Shown here in pieces: positions 25,747 through 38,737 of a stretch of DNA of 56,288 nucleotides. The stretch's first letter is position 1, and each line of letters begins with the position of its first letter. The translations under genes were made by a program, and so were the position numbers. Source of the DNA: Paraspadella gotoi (Eukaryota; Animalia; Chaetognatha); contig CM119268.1 of NCBI GenBank assembly GCA_051294375.1, forward strand, positions 19,390,203 to 19,446,490, written 5' to 3'. A model generated the notes under the pieces. The model was not told the origin of the DNA. It saw only the letters and a program-made list of their open reading frames with translations, and did not search any database.

Positions 25747-28700
25747 AGGGGAGGTACCGGGTTGGGATTGAACCCGGTACCTAGTGGTCATGAGCTGATG
25801 GCTTTACTCAATGAGCCACCGGGTCACAACTGAAAGAGTCATGCTTATAAGCGGGGTGAACCTAGGCAATGCCCGACTACAAACACAATAAAATTGGCGA
25901 AAAAAGACCAAGTTTACATCACAAGATATCCCTATTAATGGCGTATCTGAATTATCGTAATGTTGAGTAATTTCTGAGTAATGATTTTTTATTTATTTTT
26001 TTAATTGTAAATGTTAAGTTTTCTTTATACAATTCGTTCAATTAGAAAAAAATGCTGTTCTGAACATGTTCCTGACTGTTTTAAATAATTATTTTATATC
26101 ATGAGTCCCAGATAATTTTTAATCTAATGGTGTCAATAAGTTTTAATAATTTTCTTTTTTTAAAAGATTGTTTTTTACTGAAGATGAATTTGGAGGACCA
26201 TTAAAGAAAGGTTTTTCATAAGTAAAAATCAAATTATTCTTATGAAATTTAAATATAATAAACGTCAAGTACCTTGCTACAGAATGAGGAAAGAAAATTT
26301 AAGAAATATTTATCCAATGAGAAATGGGACGCATTTTTTTGGTGTCACTCGCGAACGCCAAGTACTCATGAGTGGATGAGGCAATTGACTTGAAATTTTG
26401 TATGAGGGTAAGAAAGTGTGTGATTAAGCTGGAAATCAAGTTTCGATGGAATCGTTTGAGTGGAAATAAATTAAAATGGAAAAAAACATAAGTCACATTA
26501 ACTAAAATCTTTTTACTAATTTTAACCCATAATTACTCAAATTAATCATATGTTTTTGGATACATTGAGATGACATTTTGTGTGTGGGTCGAAAAGTGTG
26601 TGAAGAAGCTGGATATAAAGTTTTGAAGTTATTGGGCAAGTAGAAATGAGTTTAAATGGAAAAAAACATAAGTCACATTTATATAAATATTTTTACTAAT
26701 TATAACCAATAATTACCAAATTATTCATAATTGGATGGATAGATTGAGATAAAATTTTGTGTATGGGTAGGAAAGTGTGTGATAGAGCAGATGTAAAGTT
26801 CTGATGGAATCTAGGAGTGAAAATGAGTTTGCATGGAAAAAAAACAAAGTCAAGTTGACTTGAATTTTAATTATTTATGCTTACTCATGTTTTAAACAAT
26901 TAAATAATTAATTAAAGTAAAGAAATTATTAAATTTGAAAAATATATGTATGTTAAAAATGATTCAAATTAAAAAAATTATGCCAGTTGAAAAAAATTAT
27001 GCAAGTTAAATAATGATGTAAGATGAAAAAATTATTCAAGTTGAAAAAATGATCAATTGAAAAAAATTTGCGAGTTTAAAAAATGATGCCAGTTTAAAAA
27101 ATGCTGCAAAGTTTTTATATGTGTTTATGCCCGTATGTTCAAGTGGCTATATTATTCAAGTTGAATAAATGATGCCAGTTGAAAAAATTATACTCACTGA
27201 AAAAATGATTTAAGTTGAAAAAATGATGCAAGTGGAAAATGTGATGCAAGTTGAAAAAATAATAGCTAAAAAAATTATTTGTACTCTATTGGTAACTATT
27301 ATTAGCATAGTAACAGTTTAATTTAATCCATTGCAAGCGATTTACATATATTGGCGAAGCCATTGCACACTGCAGTGATTCAAATGGCCTCAATTTCCAG
27401 GAAAACCTCCTTTTTTTGGCAAAAACTAGTTTTTCTCGTATGCTGATTATCATAGATGACTTCTGAGGTTGTTTGAAACGTTTAAAATAATAAATAGTGA
27501 TTTGAAAAAATATGGAGAAAAAATTCATTTACCGACAAATTCGGTTTTTAAAGAAATCATATATGGTAGTTAAACGACTTGATTTATAATTTTGATATTA
27601 AATAGAAATTGACCCGACTTAATATTTTTTCTTTATTTATATTATATGTGGGAGAATGTATTAAAAAACATTGTTTGAGCACTTAGCTCTAACCTAATTT
27701 GTACCTTGTAGATTTCACTGGGCGAAGCCATTTCGCTCTCAAAAATAAGAATCAATCCAAATCACGAGATTTTAATAATAATAACTATAATCAGAGCAGA
27801 GCAACAAGAGTGAGCTACTGACAGAGAGAGCTATAGAGAGAGAGAGCTCAAACTCAAAGCTGTACAAAATAATAATTTCAATGATTAGAATTCATTTCAA
27901 AAAGTTACAAATATTTCATCATGTTACCTAATGTTTCCTTGGCAATCTCCTAAAAGTTTAAAGTTTACTTGCCATTTTATACTTCTTTAAAATTTAAATA
28001 GACCAATTAAAAACGACTTTCGACTTTTGAAAATACTACCAATAATTGGATCAGAAAAGTCACAGAATAGAGGACGAGTTTGAGAATTAAAGCTTGTAAC
28101 GTTATTGGTATTCTATATAAAACAGAATGTTAATTTCGAAAATTAATTAATTATTTATCAACTTTTAACATTATAAGTAAAAGGTGTATGTTTGCTAAAT
28201 ATAAAATCATTAATTTAATCTTTTTAAAAGCGCGCTAACAAATTAAGATCGGAAAATCGATCAAAGAAAAGAATCATACGTATGGTAATTTTTTAAGAAT
28301 ATCGAATCCTTTTTTATATTGTTTGTATGAAAAGCATGAAGAGCATATTTTTTTCTCTTCCACCCACGAGGGAGAAACAAACCTCTCAAAGACTCACCCG
28401 AAATAGAGATTTGCATATAAATTTAGAAAGAATATTTTTTTAAAACTGTTATCTTACATAAGACTTTGTACCATGACTATGGAAAGACCGAATATGTGTT
28501 TATGCCCGTATGTTCAAGTGGCTTAATCCGGATTACTGTGTATTGGTTATGATCAGTTAGGATCACAAATTGTTAAAAAAATATTATAATCTGATTAGCT
28601 GATTAACACTTAATTATCCGACATTGTTTGCTCAAACTTGTTTTTTCAATATTTAAATTTAAAAGACCTAGAAAATTCGGTTTTACGATTAACGTAATTC

Positions 28701-29675
28701 TAATCAATTAAAAGCTCTAACAGAGGCGTTTTTAGCACGAAAAATCGTGCGTCAATAAACTCAAATAGACCCGCCGAAATTAAGTTAAATATTTAGCTGT
28801 TAAAAAAATTAAAATAGGTTTCTGAACGAGCTGCGGAAAAAAAATGAAATTAAGTTGATTTTTTTTTTATCAACGCAATCGCTGAAATTAAATTCATCGT
28901 CGTCGTCGTCGTCTTAGTCGTCGTCATCGTCTTCGTCGTCGTCGTCACGCCCTTTAACCTTTCCCGCCAACGCGACATCGCGACGTCCACCTCATCAGCT
29001 CCATGACGACCAAATAAACAGCGTCGATGTTTTCTCCCCCTAGCGAACTTCGTTACGGATTTCAAAAGGTTTTAGTTTTCATCTTCCCAATTTTTTTTTA
29101 GTTTTCTCTCTTTTTTTTCTTTCGTCTTTCATTTTATTTAAAAAGTTTTTTTTTAAATTTCTATCTTCTGTTTGTTGTCCGTCCGCCGCTGGAGATTCGG
29201 ACCCGGAGTCGACGGGGTGAGGAAAGTGAGGTGAGTTTCTTTGAGACGAAGTGAATAGATTCGAGGTTGACGGAAAGTGAAACCAAGAAAATTAAGCGAT
29301 AAGAAATGAGGAAAAGAAAATGGGCCATATTTTCTAAAAGTGCACTTTTTTAGCGTAAATTCTGAATTAAATTAGGTTTTAGGTTTAAACTTTAGTTTTA
29401 AGGTTAAAGATTGGGATTAGGTTAGGGTAATGTTTGGGTTTACGGTTAAAAATTTAATTTAATATAAATTAAATATATTATGGTTAAACTTTAGATCAAA
29501 GATTAGGAACAGAAATGAGGCGATTTCGGAATATAGCGCCAGGAACTAGGAATTCCCCCATTTTACTTCTTTCAATATTTTTTCCGGTCACGATGTCTCC
29601 TATCTTCCAATTCATCCTTTCTTATTCTCTCTCCCTCGATATTACGTTTCATTTCTACCTTGTCCTTCTCTTCAT

Positions 29676-29985
29676 CCTTTCCTTAATCCCTTCCCCCCTT
29701 TCCTTAGTCCCTTCCTCCCTTTCCTTAATCCCTTCCCCCTTTCCTTAGCCCTTTCCCCCCTTTCCTTAATCCCTTACCTCTTCTCCTTAGACTCTTCCCC
29801 CATTTCTTTAATCCCTTCTACCTTTCCTTAATCCCTTCCCCTTTTCCTTAGCCCCTTCCCCCTTACCTTAATCCATTCCCACCTCTCCTTAGTCTCTTCC
29901 CCCTTTTCTTAATCCCTTCCCCCTTTCCTTAATCCCTTCCCCCTTTCCTTAGTCCTTCCCCCTTTTCCTTAATCCCTTTTCCCCT
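29676..29985. repeat. ~21-bp pyrimidine-rich minisatellite (TCCTTAATCCCTTCCCCCTTT)n
   Basis: Directly visible tandem array. Confidence 0.9.
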
Positions 29986-30185
29986 TTTTCTTCTTGTTTT
30001 TCCTGAGAGTTCTCGGAATTCCCTCAGGCTCGAAACCAAAATCGTCTTTTGTGTCTCGTTCAACGAAGGAAGAGAGAAAAAAAGGAGGGGGAAAAATAAG
30101 GGAAAAAAGGAAAAGAAAGGAAGAAGAGAGAGAATTCGGCCGTGAGACGAGGAAGAAAGTTTGACCCTCGGCTCGAAAGAAAGAC

Positions 30186-30244
<59 letters not shown>

Positions 30245-30504
30245 GGTGGAAGTAATCCATCTTTCCCCCCTCTCTCTCTCGTCTTCCCTTCTTCTCACTT
30301 CAAAACATAAACAAACTTCACCCGAGAAAACCGTTTTCACTAGCTCTCCATCGTTTTCACTCGCTCTCCATCGTCTTTTGGAGTGTAGAAAAGGAGAAAG
30401 AAAAAGAGGAGCAAAAAGAGGAAAACGATAGAGAGCGAGAAAGTCGGAAACACCCAGAGACGCCTTTCAAACTTTCCCCCTCGACCCAGCAACAAGAATC
30501 GGAA

Positions 30505-33500
30505 ATGCCTCGTTCGGCGTCGGTGGTTCGGATGTTGGCCTCTGCGCTGCAGGCGGCGCGGACTAACGCCGGCCGGACGACGCTGCCGATAGCGACAGTG
30601 ATTCCGGCGGCGGCGAAGACGGCGGCGTTGACGGGCGGATTGGGGTGGCTCGGTCTGCAGGTTCGGGAGGACTAGGGTGGGAATATGATAGGGGGAATTT
30701 GATGGGGGAAATTTGATGGAGGAATTTGATGGGCAATGGGATTATGACGGGGATTTCAAAAGGGGAAAGGGGATTTGACGCAAAAATTTAAGACTTTTGC
30801 AGGGGATTTTGACGCTGATAAATTGTTTTTCCTTGTTCCCCTTCCCAGGTTTACTCGAACTCCCCACGACGCTTTACGGTTTTGGCTCAATCGGAGTCAC
30901 CGAAGAAGAAGGATCCGAAGAAAGCAGATCCGCCAAACAGGTCAAAAGAAAAGCCAGGAATGAAGAAGGCCTCCAAGTTGGCGGCGGCGACGGCGACGGC
31001 GACGGCGACGGCGGGGGCAGGGGCGGCGACGGCGACGCCTTCGACTCCCGATGTGAAAATTGAGAAGGTTGAGACGAAAGATGCGTCGACGACGGCGTCG
31101 ACAGCAGTGTACACGACAGTGGAGGAATCATTCGGCTCACATCCTCCGACTGTCATGGAGCGGATGCTGTGCAATTGTGGTGAGGAAGCGAAGTTAAGGG
31201 TGGAAGCAGGAGGAAGTCGAGGTCGTTTTCTTCTTAATTAAGTCGTCGTTTTCGTCTCTCAGGATCAGAGGGTTTCCTTCAGTCTTTGATTTCATCGTTG
31301 TGATTTGTCGTTGCTTAGTTCGCTTCCGTTGTTTTTGGTCATTGTCGTCTGTCATTGTTGTCTGTCATCTGTTTATCTGTCTGTCGTCTGTCATTGTTTT
31401 CTGTCTGTTTGTCTGTCTATCTATCGTTTGTCATTGTCGTCAGTCATTGTCGGTAGTTGACAACTTGATTTCCTCTAGTAGGGACCAACTCCAGAGATAA
31501 TATAAAATTTCGACTATTAGCAAAATATTTTTAGTTGTCTTGACTAAATATTTAAGCAATCTTTTTCAAAAAAAATTTACATAATACGTCTTGATTAATA
31601 CATTAAATATTACTTGTCTCTTTTACATTATAAAGTTTTTTTAAATCTTACATTTTTTCGATGGATTCTGATAGAGCATAAAAAGTTAGACAAGAAATAT
31701 AATAACAGCTTTTAAAAATTCTTCTATGTGAAAATATAAAAAAAATTATAAAATCATCAAAAGATGATGATGATGATGATTTTTTACGGTTTTTCTTATT
31801 TTTGACTCACTTATCATGAAAATATTGAAAAAAGAATTATACTTTGTGTAGACAACTTTTTATGAGCTATCTGAATCTGGTCTTAAAATTTTAAAATTAT
31901 CCAAAAAAATGTTGGCCTTTCCTATTTATTAATTATTATTAAAAAATAATTATTTGGGTATAGAACCATATAAGAAAAGTTTTGTCCATTGAAACTATAC
32001 TTAAAATGTATAAATTTTCGTTTGAGCATGTAATCATTCTAAATTTTTGACTCACCCCGTTGAGTGAGGCTACCCCTACCTCTAGCTTTTTTTTGGGTCT
32101 TTTGACTGTCTTTTTTTTCCTTTGCCTCTGTCGTCAATGTCAATATTAACTGTCGTCAATATCAACTGTCGTCAATATCAAATGTCGTCAATATCAACTG
32201 TCGTCAATTTCAACGGTTGTCAATATTAACTGTCGTCAATATCAACTGTCATCAATATCAACTGTCGTCAATATCAACTGTCGTCAATATCAACTGTCGT
32301 CAATATCAACTGTCGTCAATATCAACTGTCGTCAATATTAACTGTCGTCAATATTAACTGCCGTCGACGTCAATATTAACTGCCGTTGACGTCAAAATTA
32401 ACTGTCGTCAATAATAACTGCTGTCAGTATCAACTTCATCCACAAACTTTACATCTCAATCCAGACAACCTATACATCCTCCTTCTCTAGGCATCCCCCT
32501 CTCGCCGCCGCCCGCCGACCGCTCGGGTCTCTATGGCGTCGAAGTCAACGGACTCGACGAGACGTTGGAGAGTCTCGTAATGGAGAACTGGAGCGCCAAC
32601 GCCGACCCGCAGAAGAAGGACGACAACAACGACGAGGAGGAAGAAGCGATGGACGAGGAGGAGGCGAAGAAGAGAGATCCAATGAGAAAACCGCTGACGG
32701 TGATCTTGGAGGATGCATTGAAGATGCATCACAGGTGAAGACTTGGAGATGAATCACGAGTGAGGAGATGCCTCTAAGATGAATGGCAATTGATGCCTTT
32801 GAGACGCATCGTTTTTTGTTACTCCATTTAAACATGGTCCCTTTCTCTTCCCGTGATGCCCTCTCTTTCCACTAAAGCATAGAAAAAAAAATAAAATCAA
32901 GGAGAATCAAATTTCAAAATTTAAATCATGAACCTGTGAACATTTTTAAATATTTTTTTTATTTGTCAATTTTCGCATAGTCTATATCTATACATAGAAC
33001 TCAACATAGAAAATGTCGAAAATTTAAATTTTTTTTTTTATTATTTTTGAAAGCAGATTCCTCAAGAACTATTAGAACTATTAGAAAATTATTTTATTAG
33101 ATGGGTCAAAATCCTGAAAAAACTATTATAATTGACCTATAATTAAATTTTAGTATGAAAATATTGGAATCTGTTTTTAAAACTAAGAAAAAACGTTTTT
33201 AAAATTTTGACATTTTCAATGGTGAGTATACTAATGCTAATGCGAAAATTGAGAATTTAAAAAACAATTGTTTTTATATATCAATTTTTTAGTACAAGAC
33301 TGAATTTTGATCGGCAACTTTAACTATGTAGAACAGAATTCTGATACTCGATCCCAAACATTTTTTCATAAGATTAATTTTTTTTTCCTAAAACGAACAA
33401 AAGGAATCCATAACTTTGAATTATTTTATAATTTCTTGGTAAAACAATATAATAAATTACATTAGCCAAAAATTTTTTTTGGATTATAGCAACGAATTTT

Positions 33501-33588
33501 ATTATTAAGCAGACATGTTTCCAACAGTAGTTCTGTTCTTCAGTGCATAAACATTTTTAAAATAATGAATTTGTTAGGTTCACAAATT

Positions 33589-33638
<50 letters not shown>

Positions 33639-36586
33639 AAAGCTTTCAACATAGATTTGAGGGAAATGTAAGTTAAATGGTTAGGACAGCTGAAGTTTGA
33701 CAGTTTGACAGTATGACCTAAGTGAAAGGAAATGAATGGTCAAATAGAGAAAATAACATATGCAGAGGTTATAAATTAAAAGTTTACGTTTCAACAATGA
33801 ATAACCAATTTAAATGAGAAATAAATGGCTAATGGGATAAACAAAAACAGAAACCTAACTTTATGCTATAATAAAAAAAAAGTTTTCTGCTAATTTAAAC
33901 CACCAAGGAAAAGAAAGGAATTCCAACAAATAAATTACATTAATATTGAGATATTATGAAAATATAACTATCTTGTGAAGCCTGTAAAAGTTAAATAAGT
34001 AAAAAATTCGCTTATTTTATTATTGAAAAATAACATCAAGTGAAGAAGTTGAACGTCTTCCGACTCCTTTCAGTAAATATCCCTGTTCTCTATAATGTTT
34101 ACTTTTTGCTGATGGAAAAGAAAGATAAATAATTAGACTGTGATAGGGTGAATAATATTTTGTTGAATTTTTTAATCATGCTTGTAAAATCAGACAAACA
34201 AATATTTAAGTGACAAAAAATTTACATTTTCTTTATCCAAAAAACTTTAAAGTTTTACTAGAGTACAATTTAGCCTTTTTTTCAGAATCGTTAAATAAAA
34301 TTTAATTTTTATTTATTCTTTTGGGTTTTAAAATTTTTTAAATTTTAGTTTTAAAATTCATTATAATTTTGACCTAGTTTGACACTCACCCTGTAAAGAT
34401 GTTTCAGCAAAAATAATTATAAAGTTGTATCTGATTATGGCTTCATTTTGGTACTATTACCATCCCTTTATCTTTGTTCCTTCAAAAGATATTAATAAAA
34501 ATCAGTTTTTACTTTTCTTTTAATTGGTTTAATATAAAAAAATTCTCAATAATAAAAAGAAAAATAAAACGAGCTCCATGGACACAAGGCTTTCAGAATC
34601 TCATAATTTGAAGTATCATTTATAATGCTAACATACCGTAATCCCATTTATAATTTTAAAAAAGTAAAATTTCCTTTTCATTTCTATAGTAAAAATGAGG
34701 TTTGAAAATCCTCCGGAGACGAGTAGTTCAGTTCCCCTGGCTTGTTTCAGAGTAAAATCTTTATCAAATGCCACATGAAAACATTAACGAGCTCTTGAGA
34801 TGCAAAGCTATCGGAATCGTGTGTTATTACAACTGTTTTCTACCGGAATTTCTTGCAGGCTCGTTTGTAAAGTTGGGAAGTCAGATTCGAACGGAAATCT
34901 CTATTAGAAAAATGTTTAATTTTTTTTAAGCAAGATTTTCGCCTAAACTATGCCTTACTATCCACTAGACCAGCCTCTAAAATCATAAACCAATAAGAAC
35001 GCTTCCCCTTTTCTCTCTTTAGAATGATGGTGGAGCAAGTCCCAGGAAAGTGCGAACCTTCGGATCAACTGGCCGAGCCTGATTTCCGCGGCTGGGTCGA
35101 CGAGGCTGACCGACTGTTTCGCGAGCGCCGCTACGAAGTGTTGAAGGAAAAACTGGATGCCGAATACGCAAGTGGGCGCTGGAGGAATAAATGGAGAGAT
35201 TGTGCTTGGAAAGAAATATTGTTCTAGGAGTGTCGAAGATGAAAAAAATTTTGTGAATTTTTTTTTGGTATCCTTCCGTTTTACACATCTTAACTTACCT
35301 TTCTTTTTTCCTCCCCCCCCAACAAAAAAAGAGACGAAAGGCAAGTACCCTAAGCGAGACCCACAACTTCTCTGGCGGATGGCGAGACTCTACTTTCTTC
35401 TCGGCAACGAAGTCGAGGTCAACACACTCAAGTCTTGGAAGGCGGCGCTTGTGTGAGTATTGGCTGAGTGGGAGGTGTAGAGGAAGGAAGGATGCGGTGT
35501 CATGTTGAGTAGCTCCTTCATGACGTCGAATGAAAATTCACGGAGAATATTTGAAAAGTTTATTACTTTTTACGGTACATGAAAATCCTGATAAACTAAT
35601 CGGGACTAGGAATGAATCAGTTTCAAAAACAGAAGCTGAAAATTGATCTTAACTTGCTCGATTAGAAATAAAGAACAATAACTTTACTTTATAAAGAGGG
35701 CAGAAATTAATTTTTAACCTTATGTTGTTTAGCTGCTCCGACAACACAAGCATCCTTCTCCCGATTACGTTATAAAAATATGTAATTGAATATAAATATC
35801 GAATACAAGAAATAATATAAAGGAAATAATAATTAAATCTAATACATAGTGATATATATGTAGTCGGGCATGGCAAAACTTTTACATTTTTTTAAAAATT
35901 TAATTTAATTTAGTCTAATATAGTAAAATAAATAATTGAACAGACAGTGATAATTGTTATGTGTTAGTGACAGAACCGTTCATGTAAGCAGTCCATGAGC
36001 TTCGGATCAGGCTGTAATACCGTGTTACAGGGGGTTAAGCGCTCCGTCCCTTTAACTCTTAACTCTTGACCACCCGGGCTATAACGCCGGGCTATAACGC
36101 CGGGCTATAACGCCGGGCTATAACGCCGGGCTATAACGCCGGGCTATAACGCCGGGCTATAACGCGGCTATATATAACGCCGGGCTATAAACGCCGGGCT
36201 ATAACGCGGGCTATAACGGCCGGGCTATAACGCCGGCTATAACCCGGCTATAGCGGGCTATAACGCCGGGCTATAAACGCAAGCCGGCTATAACGCCGGG
36301 CTATAACGCCGGGCTATAACAACGCCGGACGCTTGGGTTGGGAGGCGAATGACTTGCCTCCGGCACCAATGGCCGCTGATGAACGGTTGGTGGATTTTAG
36401 TCCACCATATAATCTTTCCAAAAAAGAATATTAAGTGTTGCGTGAAAAATGTCAAAAACTGCGATGGTAAAGCAGCAACAATGGATGTGGGTAGCATTGG
36501 TGTTATTACGTCAATGGCGACGGAAAAGAAAAACGGGAAAAGTTTTGTCTCGTAGTTTTTTCGACCTTTCGCCCCATTTTTTTCCC

Positions 36587-36658
<72 letters not shown>

Positions 36659-38692
36659 TCTCTCTCTCTCTCTCTTCGTCCGCTTCAAAGAAGACACGCA
36701 TTTTACCCTCGCAGGCCGTAAACAATGGTTGCCAGCCCGCGCGAAAAGTGGAAGACTTTATTTTATTTTTATTTTATTCTCTTTTTAGCTAGATATAATT
36801 TTGATATTTAATGTTTATTTATTATTAAAATTTCATATCATTATATAATTTTCTCTTTTCACTATAGAATTTCTACATTATTGATACCAAAATAATAACG
36901 TCATAAATTTATACTTTATACTCATGAATTTGATTTATACTTTTTATCCATCTTTCGATTTTTCCATATTTTATTATTTATTTTTTCCATATTCTCCCTC
37001 ATAATTTCCACATCTTTTCCACATCTTTTCCACATCTTCCTTCATCCCTTTCCGACCTTCCAGCTACGCGATGGATTCCTTGAAACAATTCGACGACAAA
37101 AGTCGCATCGACCGCAATAGAGACGTCTTCTACATCAACCACGCCTGCTGCTGGAAGTGCCATCTCTGGTTCGGAATCGTCTTGGCCAAGCTCGGTGGCA
37201 TGCAGGTATTTTCTTGCTATCTGTGTTTCAGGGTTTTTTTGTGCAAATAATCCGCTTGAAGATTGGAAAGAACGTTATGCATCTACCGCATCGTGTATGT
37301 TACTGAACGAGCTGACGGTATTTGCATACAGTAGATTAATGAACAATGAGCATGACAAATTCCTTCATTTTCAGGAAGACCAGGTAAAACGGATCAAAAT
37401 CGGCATCATGGCGAGACAACACATGGAACGAGCGGCGCAAATCAATCCGCTAGATCCGATTCCCAACTTTGCGTTGGCCAAGTGGCATTACGAATTCTGC
37501 AAGCTCACCGCGGGTCAGTTGCGACTCGAAAATGAGTAAGTTATACGAGGAGTGAAAAAGTAGTGAGCGCCATCTTAAATTTCTCAGGTCAAGGAAAAAT
37601 CGTGAGGGAATTGGGATATCAATATCCAATCACGAACATCGAAACTGCAATGAGATATTCGGAGGTGATTCAAACCGATTTCTTCAATCAATCAATCAAT
37701 CAATTAATCAATCAATCAATCATTTGAAACATAATCTATGGATGAACCGTTTCTTTTCACAGAAAGCCAATACCCTTTCGCCAAAACTCCTCGGTTCCTT
37801 GACGGGCAAATTTCCTCGCAATGTTTATTTGATGTGCGAGATATTTTACATCTTGGGCTACAAGGAAAAGGCCAAGTATCACCTCGAGAGCGTGAGTCGA
37901 GTATTTTATATTACAATCGTAGCTATCGTCGTCATCGTCGTCGTCGTCATCGTCATTATATTCCCAACGTTTAGAAAAGAAAACAACTTTGAGCAAACAA
38001 TGTCGGATCTGCCTACGATAATTAAGTGGTAATCAGCTAATCTTATGATAAAGCACGTCAATTCTTTCTGACTTTCAATTTTTGACAAACAAATAATAAC
38101 ATAACAAATCATGACATACTTTTTTATAAATTTAAGAAAAAATCTATAAATAATTGATCTATCAATGAACCAGTAGCTGCGCCTATAATAACTTGCATAA
38201 TTTGGTCAACTTGCATATTTTGGTTAACTTGCTTAATTTGGTCGACTGACATAATTTGGTCACCTTTCATAAATTGATCAACTGGCCTGATTTGGTCAAC
38301 TGACATAATTTAGTCACCTGGCATAATTTGGTCAACTAGCATAATTTGGTCAACTGGCATAATTTAATCAACTGGCATAATTTTTTCAACAGGCATAATT
38401 TTGTCAACTGGCATAATTTTGTCAACTGGCGTAATTTGGTCAACTGGCATAATTTAGTCAATTGGTATAGTTTAGTCAATTGGCACAATTTGGTCGACTG
38501 GCATAATTTTGTCAACTGGAAAAATTTGGACAACTGACTTAATTTTATCAACGGGCATTATTTTGTCAACTGGCATAATATAGTCAATTGACATAGTATG
38601 GTCAACTGGCATAATTTGGTCAATTGGCAAAATTTGTTCAACTGACATAATTTGGTCAACTGGAATAATTCTCTCATTCATACATTTTATCT

Positions 38693-38737
<45 letters not shown>

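Larger units (their letters stand above)
25192..25880 (-). mobile_element. Family A tRNA-head + twister element, 1.7 tandem copies of a 406-bp unit (retrozyme/SINE-like)
   Basis: GTGGATAAGG starts at 25192 and again at 25598. The tRNA-like head on the minus strand (~25347-25419) has A box TGGCTCATT(G/A)AG and B box GGTTCAATCCC. It is a GC-rich insert in AT-rich DNA. Confidence 0.85.
24684..28645 (+). mobile_element. DINE-1/HINE-like (Helentron-associated) non-autonomous element with nested insertions
   Basis: 5' TTTTTAG-TCGGATCTGC-loop-GCAGATTCCGA hairpin, then a (GTCY)n microsatellite and central tandem blocks. The 3' end is ATCCGACATT-GTTTG-CT-CAAAC-TTGTTT (subterminal inverted repeat plus stem-loop, T-rich end). 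The span may be several fragments. Confidence 0.65.
35972..36390 (-). mobile_element. Family D tRNA-head + twister element with an internal 13-bp minisatellite
   Basis: The head TGGTGCCGGAGG...CTCCCAACCCAA resembles the family B head. The ends are complementary (AACCGTTCAT / ATGAACGGTT). Confidence 0.7.

Noticed and set aside
29368-29450. Telomere-like TTAGG/TTAGGG words
   Set aside because: Too short and degenerate to be an interstitial telomeric array.
37514-37535. Stronger-looking GTAAGT donor after ..LRLENE for RMDN exon 7
   Set aside because: It gives the wrong phase for exon 8. The GTCAGT donor after 37513 restores the RMDN-like frame.
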